From assembly GCA_905197045.1 (NCBI GenBank), contig CAJJXG010000001.1, forward strand, positions 96,338 through 160,337: 64,000 nt of DNA, written 5' to 3'. Source of the DNA: an uncultured Bacillales bacterium. Its GTDB lineage: Bacteria; Bacillota_I; Bacilli_A; RFN20; CAG-826. Position numbers and translations under genes: made by a program. Shown here piece by piece: positions 10,038-19,952 of the stretch (the first letter of the stretch is position 1; every line of letters begins with the position of its first letter). The notes below the pieces were generated by a model. It saw only the letters and a list, made by a program, of their open reading frames with translations. It was not told where the DNA came from and made no database searches.

Positions 10038-10784
10038 TTATACAATATCTATATGGTTTACACCTTCTTTTCGCTTAATTTCTTCAACTTCTTCTTCACT
10101 AAAAACTCTTTTTGCAATAACTAAAACTTTAATTATTTCTGGAGACAAAGTTTTAAGATATTGGATACAAGCTCTTAAGGTTGAGCCGGTCGTACAAACA
10201 TCATCAACAAGCAGTATTTTTTTGCCTTTTAAATCAGGAAGGTTGTCACGAAATTTAATATAATTTCCAACTTCTTTTCTCGCTTGATAATGCTGATCAG
10301 ATTGCTTATGTTTCTCACTTTTGTAAAATATATCGTGAATTTTTAAACCAAGACACGAAAACATAAAATAAACATGATTCTCTTCTTTGTGTGAAGGAAC
10401 AAGCACGATTTCATAATTTCTATAAAGCACTCTTAATTCATTCACAAAAGGAGCAACAAAAACATTCGCTAATTCAAAATCACCACACCCCTTATACTCA
10501 AAAATTTTGTCTTTAATAAAATCACTATATTCATAAATCGATAAGCATTCCGTCTCATCGATGCAAAATTCTATAAACTTTGGATCTAGTTGATTAATGC
10601 AGTTATAGCAAATCACTCCATTAGTTAAAAAATCATGATACGCACCATTTTTAATCTCTTTAAAACATACCTTACAAATTTTTGTTGGCATCAATAATTG
10701 TTTCTCGGGCGTGAACCATTTCTTTAGTTTTTCTACACCCAATGAAAATAACTTCTCCATCTGTTGCATCTTTTTTTCTACCAA
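10038..10784 (-). CDS. comFC: ComF family protein (ComFC; phosphoribosyltransferase-domain competence protein)
   Basis: N-terminal Cys pairs (CKVC..CYNC) and C-terminal PRTase motif LLVDDVCTTGSTL. The true start is probably an internal Met, because the annotated start overlaps comFA by about 110 nt. Confidence 0.75.
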   Translation of the reverse strand: MVEKKMQQMEKLFSLGVEKLKKWFTPEKQLLMPTKICKVCFKEIKNGAYHDFLTNGVICYNCINQLDPKFIEFCIDETECLSIYEYSDFIKDKIFEYKGCGDFELANVFVAPFVNELRVLYRNYEIVLVPSHKEENHVYFMFSCLGLKIHDIFYKSEKHKQSDQHYQARKEVGNYIKFRDNLPDLKGKKILLVDDVCTTGSTLRACIQYLKTLSPEIIKVLVIAKRVFSEEEVEEIKRKEGVNHIDIV

Positions 10785-11808
10785 CTCTACCAGAAATCTG
10801 TATTAGAGCTTCTTTTGTGTATATGAAAGATGAGGCATTAAATATAATTACCTGTAAATTTTTAAGGGTTACACCTCTTTCTAAAACTGCCGTCGTTACC
10901 AAAAATTTATATTCATTATTCCTGAATTTCTCAATGCGCAGACTTCTATCTTTGCATTTTGAGTGCACATAATTACCACTAATTTTGAATAGTTTCAAAA
11001 CACTATATAAATTCTCACATTCCTCAATTGTTGGAGCAAAAACTAGTAGAGGCTTCTCTTCTTTTATAAACTTTCTAAATTTAAAGAAAAGATATAAGTA
11101 ATTCACTAATTTTAGATTTACAAAAATTGAAGGTTCAGGAATTTTTTTGCCATGATAACGCTTAAAAAGAGTAACAATTGAATATCCTTCTTTTTTATAT
11201 TTTGCTAATAACTTTTCTGAAGGAGTAGCCGACATTAAAACATGCTTTCCTCTCACACTTCTTTCAAAAAAGCTTTCTAAAACAAAATTATCTTTAAAAG
11301 GGAAAGCATCAACTTCATCTAAAATTAATAAGTCAAAATACTTCTCATATCGATAGAGCTGATGAGTAGTTAAGCAAATTATGTCTCCTTCTAAATTAGC
11401 TGTATGGCCACCATATACGCAAATTACATTATAATTTTTAAAAGCGTCTGCAAGTCTTTGACTTAATTCTATAACAACATCTCGGCGTGGAATTGCAAAA
11501 CCGACTTGTAACCCTTTTTTAAGCACAAAATTAATTACTCCATATACAAGTTCGGTTTTGCCTGCCCCACATACGGCATAAACTAATGTATTAATGTTGT
11601 TTTTATAGTTTGAAAGAATTGCAGATGAAACTCTTTTTTGATCATCGCTTAAATTATAATCAATTTTTAAGTAGCCTCTTTTTGAATGATATTCAAATTC
11701 TTCTGCTGCTTCACCCTTAAAAGAGATGCATCGTCGGCAATAAGGTTTTCCTTCCTTATAGCCTATGTATCTTTCATCTTCATTACCACATAAATCACAT
11801 TTAAATAT
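10672..11808 (-). CDS. comFA: competence protein ComFA (DEAD-box-type helicase / DNA translocase) with an N-terminal zinc-finger region
   Basis: ORF-track piece 10672..11526 carries the helicase C-terminal motifs. The same frame stays open upstream to a TAA at 11809-11811 and encodes Walker A AVCGAGKTELV and an N-terminal C..C..C..C finger (IFKCDLCGNE..CRRC). That upstream stretch has no in-frame ATG/GTG/TTG. The first codon after the stop is ATA, about 8 nt after a GGAGG. Confidence 0.7.
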   Translation of the reverse strand: MFKCDLCGNEDERYIGYKEGKPYCRRCISFKGEAAEEFEYHSKRGYLKIDYNLSDDQKRVSSAILSNYKNNINTLVYAVCGAGKTELVYGVINFVLKKGLQVGFAIPRRDVVIELSQRLADAFKNYNVICVYGGHTANLEGDIICLTTHQLYRYEKYFDLLILDEVDAFPFKDNFVLESFFERSVRGKHVLMSATPSEKLLAKYKKEGYSIVTLFKRYHGKKIPEPSIFVNLKLVNYLYLFFKFRKFIKEEKPLLVFAPTIEECENLYSVLKLFKISGNYVHSKCKDRSLRIEKFRNNEYKFLVTTAVLERGVTLKNLQVIIFNASSFIYTKEALIQISGRVGRKKDATDGEVIFIGCRKTKEMVHARETIIDANKNL

Positions 11809-11810
11809 TT

Positions 11811-11841
11811 AAAAAACCTCCTTTCACTAATAAGAAGGAGG
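11811..11841 (-). promoter_or_regulatory. hairpin CCUCCUU-(11 nt)-AAGGAGG followed by U6, sequestering the comFA Shine-Dalgarno; terminator or attenuator-like
   Basis: Perfect 7-bp stem whose 3' arm is the comFA SD. It is followed by TTTTTT and then the first codon of the comFA frame. Confidence 0.5.
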
Positions 11842-12146
11842 TTAATTCAATTTTTTTAAAAATTTTTTAGTTTAATAACAAAATTTGTTAGTAAATCTTA
11901 GATCCTCAATTAAAAATGCTTGTTTATTAATACACGCTTGTATTAAATTCACACATTTTATTGATATTATTCAAACCTTTGCTTGCTACGAAGAATTTAT
12001 AAAAAGAAAGGGTCACACATTAACTTATAAGCGAAACAAAAATGAAAGGAAAATGTATGGCCCGACTAACACATTAATTAAAAGTCTTTTTAAAGTAAAT
12101 TATTTAAAGATAAAAGATATTGAAATTGATATAAATTATAATTTCT

Positions 12147-12584
12147 TTATTTTTCGTAATTAATGATAGTATTTACTCTTTTTTCGTGTCTTCCGCCTTC
12201 AAAAGAAGCACTCAAAAAGATATCAACTCTTCTTAAAACATCTTCTAGCGACATAAAAGATTGGCCAAAGGTAATCATGTTAGCGTTATTGTGTTCTCTA
12301 ACAAGATGAGAAACTTCATCATTATAGCCAATACCACATCTTATGCCTTTTACTTTATTAGCAGCCATAGCAACTCCTTCGCCACTACTGCAAACTAATA
12401 TTCCAAGATCTGCTTTCTTATTAGCAACATCTTCTGCAGCTTTTAAGGCAAATTCGGCATAATTACAAGATTCTAAAGAATTCGTGCCTTCATCGATTAC
12501 TTGATGACCTAATTTACTTAAATGTTCTTTTATTTCTTCTTTATATTTAAATCCAGCATGATCGCTACCAAGTGCAATAATCAT
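12147..12584 (-). CDS. rpiB: ribose-5-phosphate isomerase B
   Basis: 145 aa, RpiB/LacAB family (MIIALGSDHAGF..VCSSGEGVAMAANK). Confidence 0.85.
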   Translation of the reverse strand: MIIALGSDHAGFKYKEEIKEHLSKLGHQVIDEGTNSLESCNYAEFALKAAEDVANKKADLGILVCSSGEGVAMAANKVKGIRCGIGYNDEVSHLVREHNNANMITFGQSFMSLEDVLRRVDIFLSASFEGGRHEKRVNTIINYEK

Positions 12585-13189
12585 TTTTTTGTGGCCTCCA
12601 TTATCTCTTCAAGCTTAATCTTTCCTTTTCTAATTTCTATTATATTATTTCCGTCAATTTTAAAAATAGCAGAAGGAATGCTATTTTTATCGCATTCTCC
12701 TTCAATTACACCATCTATTGTATTATGAAAATAATTAATTACTTCATTATGATTCATTGCTGGAGGGAATGATGAAATATTAGCACTAGGAACCAATAAA
12801 GGTGCTCCAACCTTTTTAATCAAAGATAAAACAAATTCATCATCAGGGATTCTTATTCCAACAAAACCAGTTTTTAAATCAACAAAATCTGGAACCTTGT
12901 TTTTTGTCTTTAAAATGAGGGTTAAAGGACCAGGCATAAACTTTTCTATAATTTTCTTTGTTAATTCGTTAATTTCAACTAATTCTTTAAAATCATTAAT
13001 GCTTGCGCACATTAAAGTAAATGGTTTATCGTTTGGTCTATTTTTAACTTTAACTAATTTCTCGTAATTTACTTTACTAGTTGCTTTGATCCCTAATCCA
13101 TATACAGTCTCGGTTGGAAAAGCAAGTAAACCATCATTTTTTAAAATCTCGCTTGCCTCATTAATGTCACTTTTTTTCAAAATTTTCAT
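12581..13189 (-). CDS. tsaC: L-threonylcarbamoyladenylate synthase (YrdC/YwlC type)
   Basis: 202 aa. YrdC fold motifs (FPTETVYGLG, KxR..PxTLM). 4-bp overlaps with neighbours, in the prfA-prmC-ywlC-rpiB order. Confidence 0.85.
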   Translation of the reverse strand: MKILKKSDINEASEILKNDGLLAFPTETVYGLGIKATSKVNYEKLVKVKNRPNDKPFTLMCASINDFKELVEINELTKKIIEKFMPGPLTLILKTKNKVPDFVDLKTGFVGIRIPDDEFVLSLIKKVGAPLLVPSANISSFPPAMNHNEVINYFHNTIDGVIEGECDKNSIPSAIFKIDGNNIIEIRKGKIKLEEIMEATKK

Positions 13190-14061
13190 AAATAAAAACC
13201 TCTAAAAATGAAAAGAAAACGCGTTCTATCATAAATATCTTTCACAAAAGTAAAAGTAATGTCATCTTTAAAATGTTTAGCAATCAAGTCTGTTAATCTC
13301 TCTTGCTGATCATAATTAATTTCAAAAGCCATAATAAATTTATCGTTCATTATTTCCTTATAATGCTTAAATACATGCTCATAAAATAATGTGCCATCTT
13401 CTGAATATATAGCATTCATTGGCTCATGCTTTTTTACCTTCTCCTCAATATCCTCTTTATTTTGAACATAAGGAGGGTTTGAGATTAAAAGATCAAACTT
13501 AATTTCTCCTTTTAAAAAAGGATTAAGTTTATCGCCATGAACAAAATTAATTTTTAAATCTAAATTCTCAGCGTTAATTTCAGCAACATCTAAAGCGTCT
13601 AAAGAAAAATCGCTTGCGTAAGCTTTTGAACCTTTTAACTGACTTTTTAAATATAAAGCAATGCATCCAGATCCGGTGCACATGTCTAAAAAGTTAGTGA
13701 TGTTTATTTTATAAGCTTTAATATAATTTAGGGTTCTTAAAACAAGTTCTTCTGTTTCAACTCTAGGAATCAAAACTCGTTCATCCACATATAAAGATAA
13801 ATCAATAAAAGGAGCTTCTTTCAAAATATATTGAATAGGTATACCTTTAAAAAGTTTCTCTTTTAACTGATAGAAATATTCAAGATTTGCAGGCTTTTTA
13901 TCAAAATTTAAGGTTAATTCAGTATAATTTTTAAAATTATTTGCTTTCTCTAAGAGTTGGCAAATTTCATTATTTGAAATTTCTAAGCCTTGTTTTTCGA
14001 TTTCTTTTTTTGTGTCAAAGTAAAGTTTGCGATTAGTTAATTCCATCTTTGTTGCCAGCAA
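13186..14061 (-). CDS. prmC: release factor glutamine N5-methyltransferase PrmC (HemK)
   Basis: 291 aa. SAM-binding LDMCTGSGCIAL and catalytic NPPY (ISNPPYV). Confidence 0.9.
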   Translation of the reverse strand: MLATKMELTNRKLYFDTKKEIEKQGLEISNNEICQLLEKANNFKNYTELTLNFDKKPANLEYFYQLKEKLFKGIPIQYILKEAPFIDLSLYVDERVLIPRVETEELVLRTLNYIKAYKINITNFLDMCTGSGCIALYLKSQLKGSKAYASDFSLDALDVAEINAENLDLKINFVHGDKLNPFLKGEIKFDLLISNPPYVQNKEDIEEKVKKHEPMNAIYSEDGTLFYEHVFKHYKEIMNDKFIMAFEINYDQQERLTDLIAKHFKDDITFTFVKDIYDRTRFLFIFRGFYL

Positions 14062-15118
14062 TTTTTTGTTCTTGATCGTAATTGATTAAAGCATCAATAA
14101 TTGCGTCTAAATCACCATTAATAACTCTATCAAGTTGTTGAATAGTAAAACCAATTCTATGGTCAGTTACTCTATTTTGTGGGTAATTGTAAGTTCTTAT
14201 TTTTTCGTTACGATCTCCACTTCCGATTTTGCTTCTATATTGTGCTTCGGTTTTCTCTTTTTTCTCTTCTTCAAGTTGAGCAAGTTTAGAAGCTAACATT
14301 TGCATGCATATTTCATGATTTTGAATTTGCGATTTTTCAGTTTGACAAGAAACAACAATACCTGAAGGAATATGAGTAATTCTAACTGCTGATTCAGTTT
14401 TATTAACGTTTTGTCCTCCTGCGCCTTGTGATCTATATCTATCAACTTTCAAATCGGCTGGATTTATGTTAACTTCGTTTGTTTCAACTTGTGGCATAAC
14501 AACAACTGTAGCTGTTGAAGTATGAATTCTGCCGTTAGCTTCAGTTTTTGGAACTCTTTGGACTCTATGGACACCACTTTCAAATTTCAATCTTGAATAA
14601 GCATCATCTCCACTAACAACAAATGAAACATAAGAATACCCACCAACTCCAGTAGGAGATTCATCTAAAACTTTGACTTTCCATCCTTTTGTCTCGCAAT
14701 ATCTTACATACATTCTAAATAAGTCGCCGGCAAAAATATCAGCTTCATCCCCACCGACTGCGCCTTTAATTTCAAAAATAATATCTTTCCCATCATTTGG
14801 ATCTTTAGGAATAAGTAAAATTTTTAAGTCCGCCTCGATTTCTTCGAGTAAAGCTTCATTTCTTTTTAATTCTTCTTTCCCCATTTGAGCAATTTCAGCA
14901 TCTTTGTCATTACACATAAGTAAAGCGTCATTTTTGTTTTGCTCAGCATAGACAAAGTCATGATATTTATTAACGATTGGTTCCAACTGACTTCTTTCTT
15001 TACTTAACTTTTTAAAAAGATTCATGTCGCTAGAAGTATCAGGTTGTAATAATAAATCATCTATTTCATTTAATCTTTTTTCACTAGTTATCAATCTATC
15101 ACGCATGCTTTTATCCAT
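14033..15118 (-). CDS. prfA: peptide chain release factor 1
   Basis: 361 aa. GGQ motif ([11 protein letters not shown]) and PxT-type recognition region. No frameshift. Confidence 0.95.
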   Translation of the reverse strand: MDKSMRDRLITSEKRLNEIDDLLLQPDTSSDMNLFKKLSKERSQLEPIVNKYHDFVYAEQNKNDALLMCNDKDAEIAQMGKEELKRNEALLEEIEADLKILLIPKDPNDGKDIIFEIKGAVGGDEADIFAGDLFRMYVRYCETKGWKVKVLDESPTGVGGYSYVSFVVSGDDAYSRLKFESGVHRVQRVPKTEANGRIHTSTATVVVMPQVETNEVNINPADLKVDRYRSQGAGGQNVNKTESAVRITHIPSGIVVSCQTEKSQIQNHEICMQMLASKLAQLEEEKKEKTEAQYRSKIGSGDRNEKIRTYNYPQNRVTDHRIGFTIQQLDRVINGDLDAIIDALINYDQEQKIAGNKDGIN

Positions 15119-15270
15119 TTCTGATACCTCCTATAAGTCAAAAAATTATACAAAATAATTCTTCGCTTTTAAATAAAGTCTATTTCTTACCGTTTTATTA
15201 CTTTTAAAAATAAAGTTAATAATTGCTTCAACTGAGTAAAATTATATTAAAAATAAGTCAAAATTTCACT

Positions 15271-15291
15271 AAAATCCTTGCAAAATCTAAG
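15271..15291 (+). repeat. copy 2 of the recurring motif (AAAATCCTTGCAAAATCTAAG)
   Basis: Lies immediately 3' of the ABC transporter stop and about 150 nt upstream of the prfA start. Confidence 0.4.
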
Positions 15292-17061
15292 TTAATTTGT
15301 AATTTTTAATTCTGATGCAAGTTTTTCATCCTCATGAGTCTCGCTATCTCTAAATTGAAGGTCATATAAAATTTTATATGCTCCATCTTCTTTCATTAGT
15401 TCATCGTGAGTGCCTTTTTCTTTAATATTGCCATCTGAAATAACCATTATTTCATCAGCGTTTCTAATAGTTGATAAACGGTGAGCGACTACTATTGTAG
15501 TTCTTCCTTTGCATAATTCATCAAGAGCATTTTGGATTAATAACTCTGTAGTATTATCTAAAGCACTTGTTGCTTCATCAAGTATCAATATTGATGGATT
15601 TTTTAAAAATATTCTGGCAATTGATAAACGTTGTTTTTGTCCGCCCGATAACTTAACTCCTCTTTCACCAATCTCCGTCTCAAAACCTTTTGGTAAAGAT
15701 TGAATATAATCATAAATATTAGCTTTTTTAGCGGCTTCGATTAGCTCTTCTTCACTTGCTTCTAAATTTCCATATAGAATATTGTCTTTAATTGTTCCAC
15801 CAAATAAAAACACATCTTGTTGAACAATACCAATTTGTTTTCTTAAAGAATCTAATGTAAATTCTTTAATATTAGTTCCATCAATTTCAATTTCGCCACT
15901 TGTAACATCATAAAATCTTGGAATAAGATGACAAATTGTAGTTTTTCCGCCGCCACTAGGCCCAACTAAAGCAATTTTTTCTCCTTGAGGTAATTTGAAA
16001 GAGATATTTTTTAAAATGCCTTTTGAACTTTTATAGTGAAAACTAACATTTTTAAATTCAATATTTCCTTCTAATTTTTGACAAACTTTGCTTCCTTCAT
16101 GGAGCGTCTCTTCTTCTTCATCCATAATTTCAAGGAATCTTTTAAAGCCTGTAGATCCATTTTGAAATTGCTCAACAAAATTAATAAGTTGATTCATTGG
16201 TGTTATAAACATATTAACCGAAATAATAAAAGTTGAATAATCTGCTAAATCTATTTGTCCATTATAAAGAAAAAGTCCGCCTGCTATTAAAACAATAATA
16301 TTAAAAACATCGGTAATAAATTGTGATGAAGCAAAAAACTTACCCATTGCATCGAAAGCCGAACTTCTTGCTTTTACGAATTTTTGATTAGTAACTTCAA
16401 ATTTTTCTTGTTCTTTTTTGATGTTTGTAAAGGCTTTTGTAACTCTAATTCCTGAAATCGAAGACTCTAAAGAACTATTCACTTCTGCAATCGCAACTTT
16501 TGATTCCATCATTGCAACTCTCATTTGATGTCTAAAATGAGAAGTGACTAAAAACAAAAGAGGGACACAAGCAAATATAATTAAAGCTAAAATCCAATTA
16601 ATAATAGAAAGATAAATGAAACTAGCAAGTAATGTAAATCCAGCAATAAATATGTTTTCTGGACCATGGTGCGCAAGTTCAGAGATATCAAAAAGATCAT
16701 TGGTCATTCTAGACATGATATTGCCAGTTTTATGCTCATCATAATATGTATAAGGCAGTTTTTCTAATTTGTTAAACATATCAGAACGCATCTCGGCTTG
16801 CATTCTGACGCCCATCGTATGACCATAAAATTGAATAAAATATCTTAAAAACATGCGAATAATATAGACAGCGAAAAGAGAAAATCCACAAATTAAAACA
16901 AGATCGATTTTCTTGTTTGGTATAAAGTCATTAAGCATGTACCTAGTAATAATTGGGTAGCCCATTCCAATTACTGCTACTAAAAACGAAGCAGCCATAT
17001 CTGCTATAAAAATCTTTTTATGTGGTTTGTAATATTTAATAAATCGTTTTAATAGTTCCAT
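15292..17061 (-). CDS. ABC transporter, fused permease/ATP-binding (exporter type, likely homodimeric)
   Basis: 589 aa, 6 TM then NBD. Walker A GPSGGGKTT, signature LSGGQKQR, Walker B ILILDEATSALD. Confidence 0.85.
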   Translation of the reverse strand: MELLKRFIKYYKPHKKIFIADMAASFLVAVIGMGYPIITRYMLNDFIPNKKIDLVLICGFSLFAVYIIRMFLRYFIQFYGHTMGVRMQAEMRSDMFNKLEKLPYTYYDEHKTGNIMSRMTNDLFDISELAHHGPENIFIAGFTLLASFIYLSIINWILALIIFACVPLLFLVTSHFRHQMRVAMMESKVAIAEVNSSLESSISGIRVTKAFTNIKKEQEKFEVTNQKFVKARSSAFDAMGKFFASSQFITDVFNIIVLIAGGLFLYNGQIDLADYSTFIISVNMFITPMNQLINFVEQFQNGSTGFKRFLEIMDEEEETLHEGSKVCQKLEGNIEFKNVSFHYKSSKGILKNISFKLPQGEKIALVGPSGGGKTTICHLIPRFYDVTSGEIEIDGTNIKEFTLDSLRKQIGIVQQDVFLFGGTIKDNILYGNLEASEEELIEAAKKANIYDYIQSLPKGFETEIGERGVKLSGGQKQRLSIARIFLKNPSILILDEATSALDNTTELLIQNALDELCKGRTTIVVAHRLSTIRNADEIMVISDGNIKEKGTHDELMKEDGAYKILYDLQFRDSETHEDEKLASELKITN

Positions 17062-17308
17062 TTAATTCGCCTTTCTCAGTTTAGCTTTCCGAATTAATAA
17101 TTTTCGCAAAAGAACAAGTAAAATTCAATATAGCCAAATAAGCCTTTGAGCCCTTAGACTTACATAATCAATCTATAAAAGATTTTAAGATTAACTTTAG
17201 CTTATCTTTCCTATATTACTTTTAGTTAGCTTATAAATTCTCTTTGCATACTCATTTTATCTTTTTTAACATTTTCATTAACGTGTATAATTAATAAAGG
17301 TATTATTC

Positions 17309-19018
17309 ATGTCGTATTTAGCTCTTTATAGAAAATATAGAAGTAAAAATTTTGATGAATTAGTTGGACAAGAAGCAATTAAACAAACTTTAGAAAATTC
17401 TTTAAAAGTCCAAAAAATTTCTCACGCTTATCTTTTTAGTGGACCAAGAGGAACTGGAAAAACTAGCGTCGCTAGACTTTTTGCTAAAGCATTAAATTGT
17501 GAACATGGGATCGGTCAAATTTGTAATGAATGTGCAAGTTGTAAAGCCATTAACGAAGGTTCTCATCCTGATGTTATTGAAATTGACGCAGCCAGTAATA
17601 GCGGCGTTGATGAAGTTAGAGAGCTTATCGAAAAAGTCAAATACGCTCCTATTCAAGGAAAATATAAAGTTTACATTATTGATGAAGTTCATATGATGAC
17701 TAATAGTGCTTTTAATGCACTTTTAAAAACCCTTGAAGAACCACCAAGTTATGTTGTTTTTATTCTTTGTACAACTGAACCTTATAAACTTTTGCCTACT
17801 ATATTAAGTAGATGTCAAAGATATGAATTTAAAAAAATTACGGATGCCGAACTTAAAAGGTTAATAACTCATGTTTTAAAAGAAGAAGGAGTTAGTGCAA
17901 CAAATGATGCGATTAATTTAATTGTTGAATTAGCAAATGGCGGCGCACGTGATTCTCTTTCAATTCTTGACCAAGTTATTTCATATGCTGGTTCCAATAT
18001 CGAAGAAGAAGATATTACTAAAATGTTTGGCCTTGTTTCAAGTCAAGACAAAATCAGACTTCTTGAAAACATCAAAGAAGGCAACACTTTAAAAGTTTTA
18101 AAGACTTATGATGAATTCATAACTAGAAACATTGATTTAAATCGCTTTGTTAACGAACTATTAGCACTACTTAAAGATTCTCTAGTTTATCTAAAAACAA
18201 GAGATAAATCCTTAATCACTTCTTCTAAAGAAGAAGACGCTAAAGAAATAATGTTGAAATTTGAAGAAAACGAATTACTTTCTTATATCGATTTACTTTT
18301 AAAATGCCAAAACGAATTTAAAACAACTAGCGATCCAAATTTCCTTTTTGAAATATATTTGTTAAAGCTTTTAAAAGTTGAAAATAAAGAAGAAAAAATC
18401 GCAGTTAAAGAGAGCCAAAATACAACTGTTGCACCACTAGAAAAACCTTCTGTTGCTCCTGCACAAGTTGTTAAACCGGTAGAAAACCCTGCAAAAGTCG
18501 AAGATTTTAAGAAAAACGAAGAAATAAAGGAAGAAAAGCCAATAGAAGTTAAACCTGTAGTTAATATCAAACTTAAACCATCAAATGCGGAATTTTCACT
18601 TCTTGAAAGTGAAGGTGATATTCGCCAAATTACAATTGATGAATTGATTAAATTAACAATTATTTCTAATCGTGACGAAAGAAAACTTTTAAGTGAAAGA
18701 TGGAACGCTTTAGAACAGTTAATAAATGATCCAAACGAAGGACCTTACGCTTCTTTACTTCTTGATTCGCGCCCTTATATTGTTACAAATTCAAATCTTA
18801 TCGTAATTTGTGATTATAAAAATACTGCGAAAAAAATAAATATTATTTCTAATCAAGATGGTCTAAACAAACTTGTTAAAAAAGTTTTAGGTAGAAAAGT
18901 TTGTCTTTATGCTCTAAATAGAGATGAATCTACTGAACTTATTAAAAGATATCGCAATCTTCAAGAACTTAATCACTTGCCAAAGAAGACAGAAATTGAA
19001 GATAATAAATTGTTTTAA
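17309..19018 (+). CDS. dnaX: DNA polymerase III subunit gamma/tau
   Basis: 569 aa. AAA+ Walker A GPRGTGKTS, zinc module CNECASCKAIN, SRC motif. Confidence 0.9.
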   Translation: MSYLALYRKYRSKNFDELVGQEAIKQTLENSLKVQKISHAYLFSGPRGTGKTSVARLFAKALNCEHGIGQICNECASCKAINEGSHPDVIEIDAASNSGVDEVRELIEKVKYAPIQGKYKVYIIDEVHMMTNSAFNALLKTLEEPPSYVVFILCTTEPYKLLPTILSRCQRYEFKKITDAELKRLITHVLKEEGVSATNDAINLIVELANGGARDSLSILDQVISYAGSNIEEEDITKMFGLVSSQDKIRLLENIKEGNTLKVLKTYDEFITRNIDLNRFVNELLALLKDSLVYLKTRDKSLITSSKEEDAKEIMLKFEENELLSYIDLLLKCQNEFKTTSDPNFLFEIYLLKLLKVENKEEKIAVKESQNTTVAPLEKPSVAPAQVVKPVENPAKVEDFKKNEEIKEEKPIEVKPVVNIKLKPSNAEFSLLESEGDIRQITIDELIKLTIISNRDERKLLSERWNALEQLINDPNEGPYASLLLDSRPYIVTNSNLIVICDYKNTAKKINIISNQDGLNKLVKKVLGRKVCLYALNRDESTELIKRYRNLQELNHLPKKTEIEDNKLF

Positions 19019-19035
19019 TTAGGAGAAATTAATCT

Positions 19036-19341
19036 ATGAATATGCAACAAATGGTCCAAGCTATGCAAAAGCTTCAAAGACAATATGAAAAAGAACATAA
19101 ATTATTAGAAGAAAAAGAATTCACTTACACTGCTAATGGTGCTGTTAAAGTCACTTTAAAAGGTAATCTTGAAATGGTTGATGTTGAAATTCTTGATGAT
19201 GAACTTTTAAGTGAAAAAGATGATTTAATTGAGATGATCAAACTTGCTTATAACGGATGCAAAGATCAAATCAATGATGCCGAAGAAGAATTGGCTGCTA
19301 AATTCCAACAATCAAACCGTATGGGAGGCTTCCCATTCTAA
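19036..19341 (+). CDS. ybaB: YbaB/EbfC nucleoid-associated protein
   Basis: 101 aa. Conserved dnaX-ybaB-recR order. Confidence 0.85.
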   Translation: MNMQQMVQAMQKLQRQYEKEHKLLEEKEFTYTANGAVKVTLKGNLEMVDVEILDDELLSEKDDLIEMIKLAYNGCKDQINDAEEELAAKFQQSNRMGGFPF

Positions 19342-19941
19342 ATGAAGGATTTAAAAGCAGTAGAAAAATTAGCTGATTCATTTTCTCTTTTCCCTTCAAT
19401 TGGGACAAAAACTGCAGAGCGTATGGCTTACGCTCTTTTAGATATGGACGATAACGATATTGAATTACTCATTAAAAATATCGAAGAAGTTAAAGAAAAA
19501 ATACATCCTTGTCCAGTTTGTGGAATTTTAACCGAAGAAGAAAAATGTTCAATTTGTTCAAATGCAGATAGAAGTCATGATATTTGTATCGTCGTTGCCT
19601 TTTCAAAAGATGTTTTACCGTTTGAAAAAATTGGCACATTTAATGGTGTTTATCATGTTTTAGGTGGATTAATTAATCCAAGCAAAAACATTACTCCTGA
19701 AGATTTAAAAATTTTAGAACTCGAAAAAAGAATTAATGAAGAAGGCGTTAAAGAACTAATCATCGCAACTAATGCTACTCCTGAAGGAGAAGTAACTGCT
19801 TTATATCTATCAAAAATATTAGCAAACAAAGATATTAAAATTACTCGACTTGCTTATGGTATGCCTATTGGCGCTTCTTTTGACTATATAGACTCTCTAA
19901 CTCTTGATAAAGCATTAAAGGGTCGAACAAAACTAAAATAA
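19342..19941 (+). CDS. recR: recombination protein RecR
   Basis: 199 aa. HhH motif, C4 zinc finger (CPVCG..CSIC), Toprim domain. Confidence 0.9.
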   Translation: MKDLKAVEKLADSFSLFPSIGTKTAERMAYALLDMDDNDIELLIKNIEEVKEKIHPCPVCGILTEEEKCSICSNADRSHDICIVVAFSKDVLPFEKIGTFNGVYHVLGGLINPSKNITPEDLKILELEKRINEEGVKELIIATNATPEGEVTALYLSKILANKDIKITRLAYGMPIGASFDYIDSLTLDKALKGRTKLK

Positions 19942-19952
19942 GGGGAAAGAAT

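Noticed and set aside
11885-12163. 92-aa plus-strand ORF in the rpiB-comFA spacer.
   Set aside because: No RBS, the product is Asn/Lys/Ile low-complexity, and it overlaps the rpiB 3' end. The spacer is more plausibly regulatory RNA (see finding).
17062-17308. SRP RNA (scr/ffs), often found immediately upstream of dnaX in Firmicutes.
   Set aside because: No conserved SRP domain-IV motif (GGAAGCAG.. tetraloop region) in the 247-bp spacer. Only an AT-rich promoter region.
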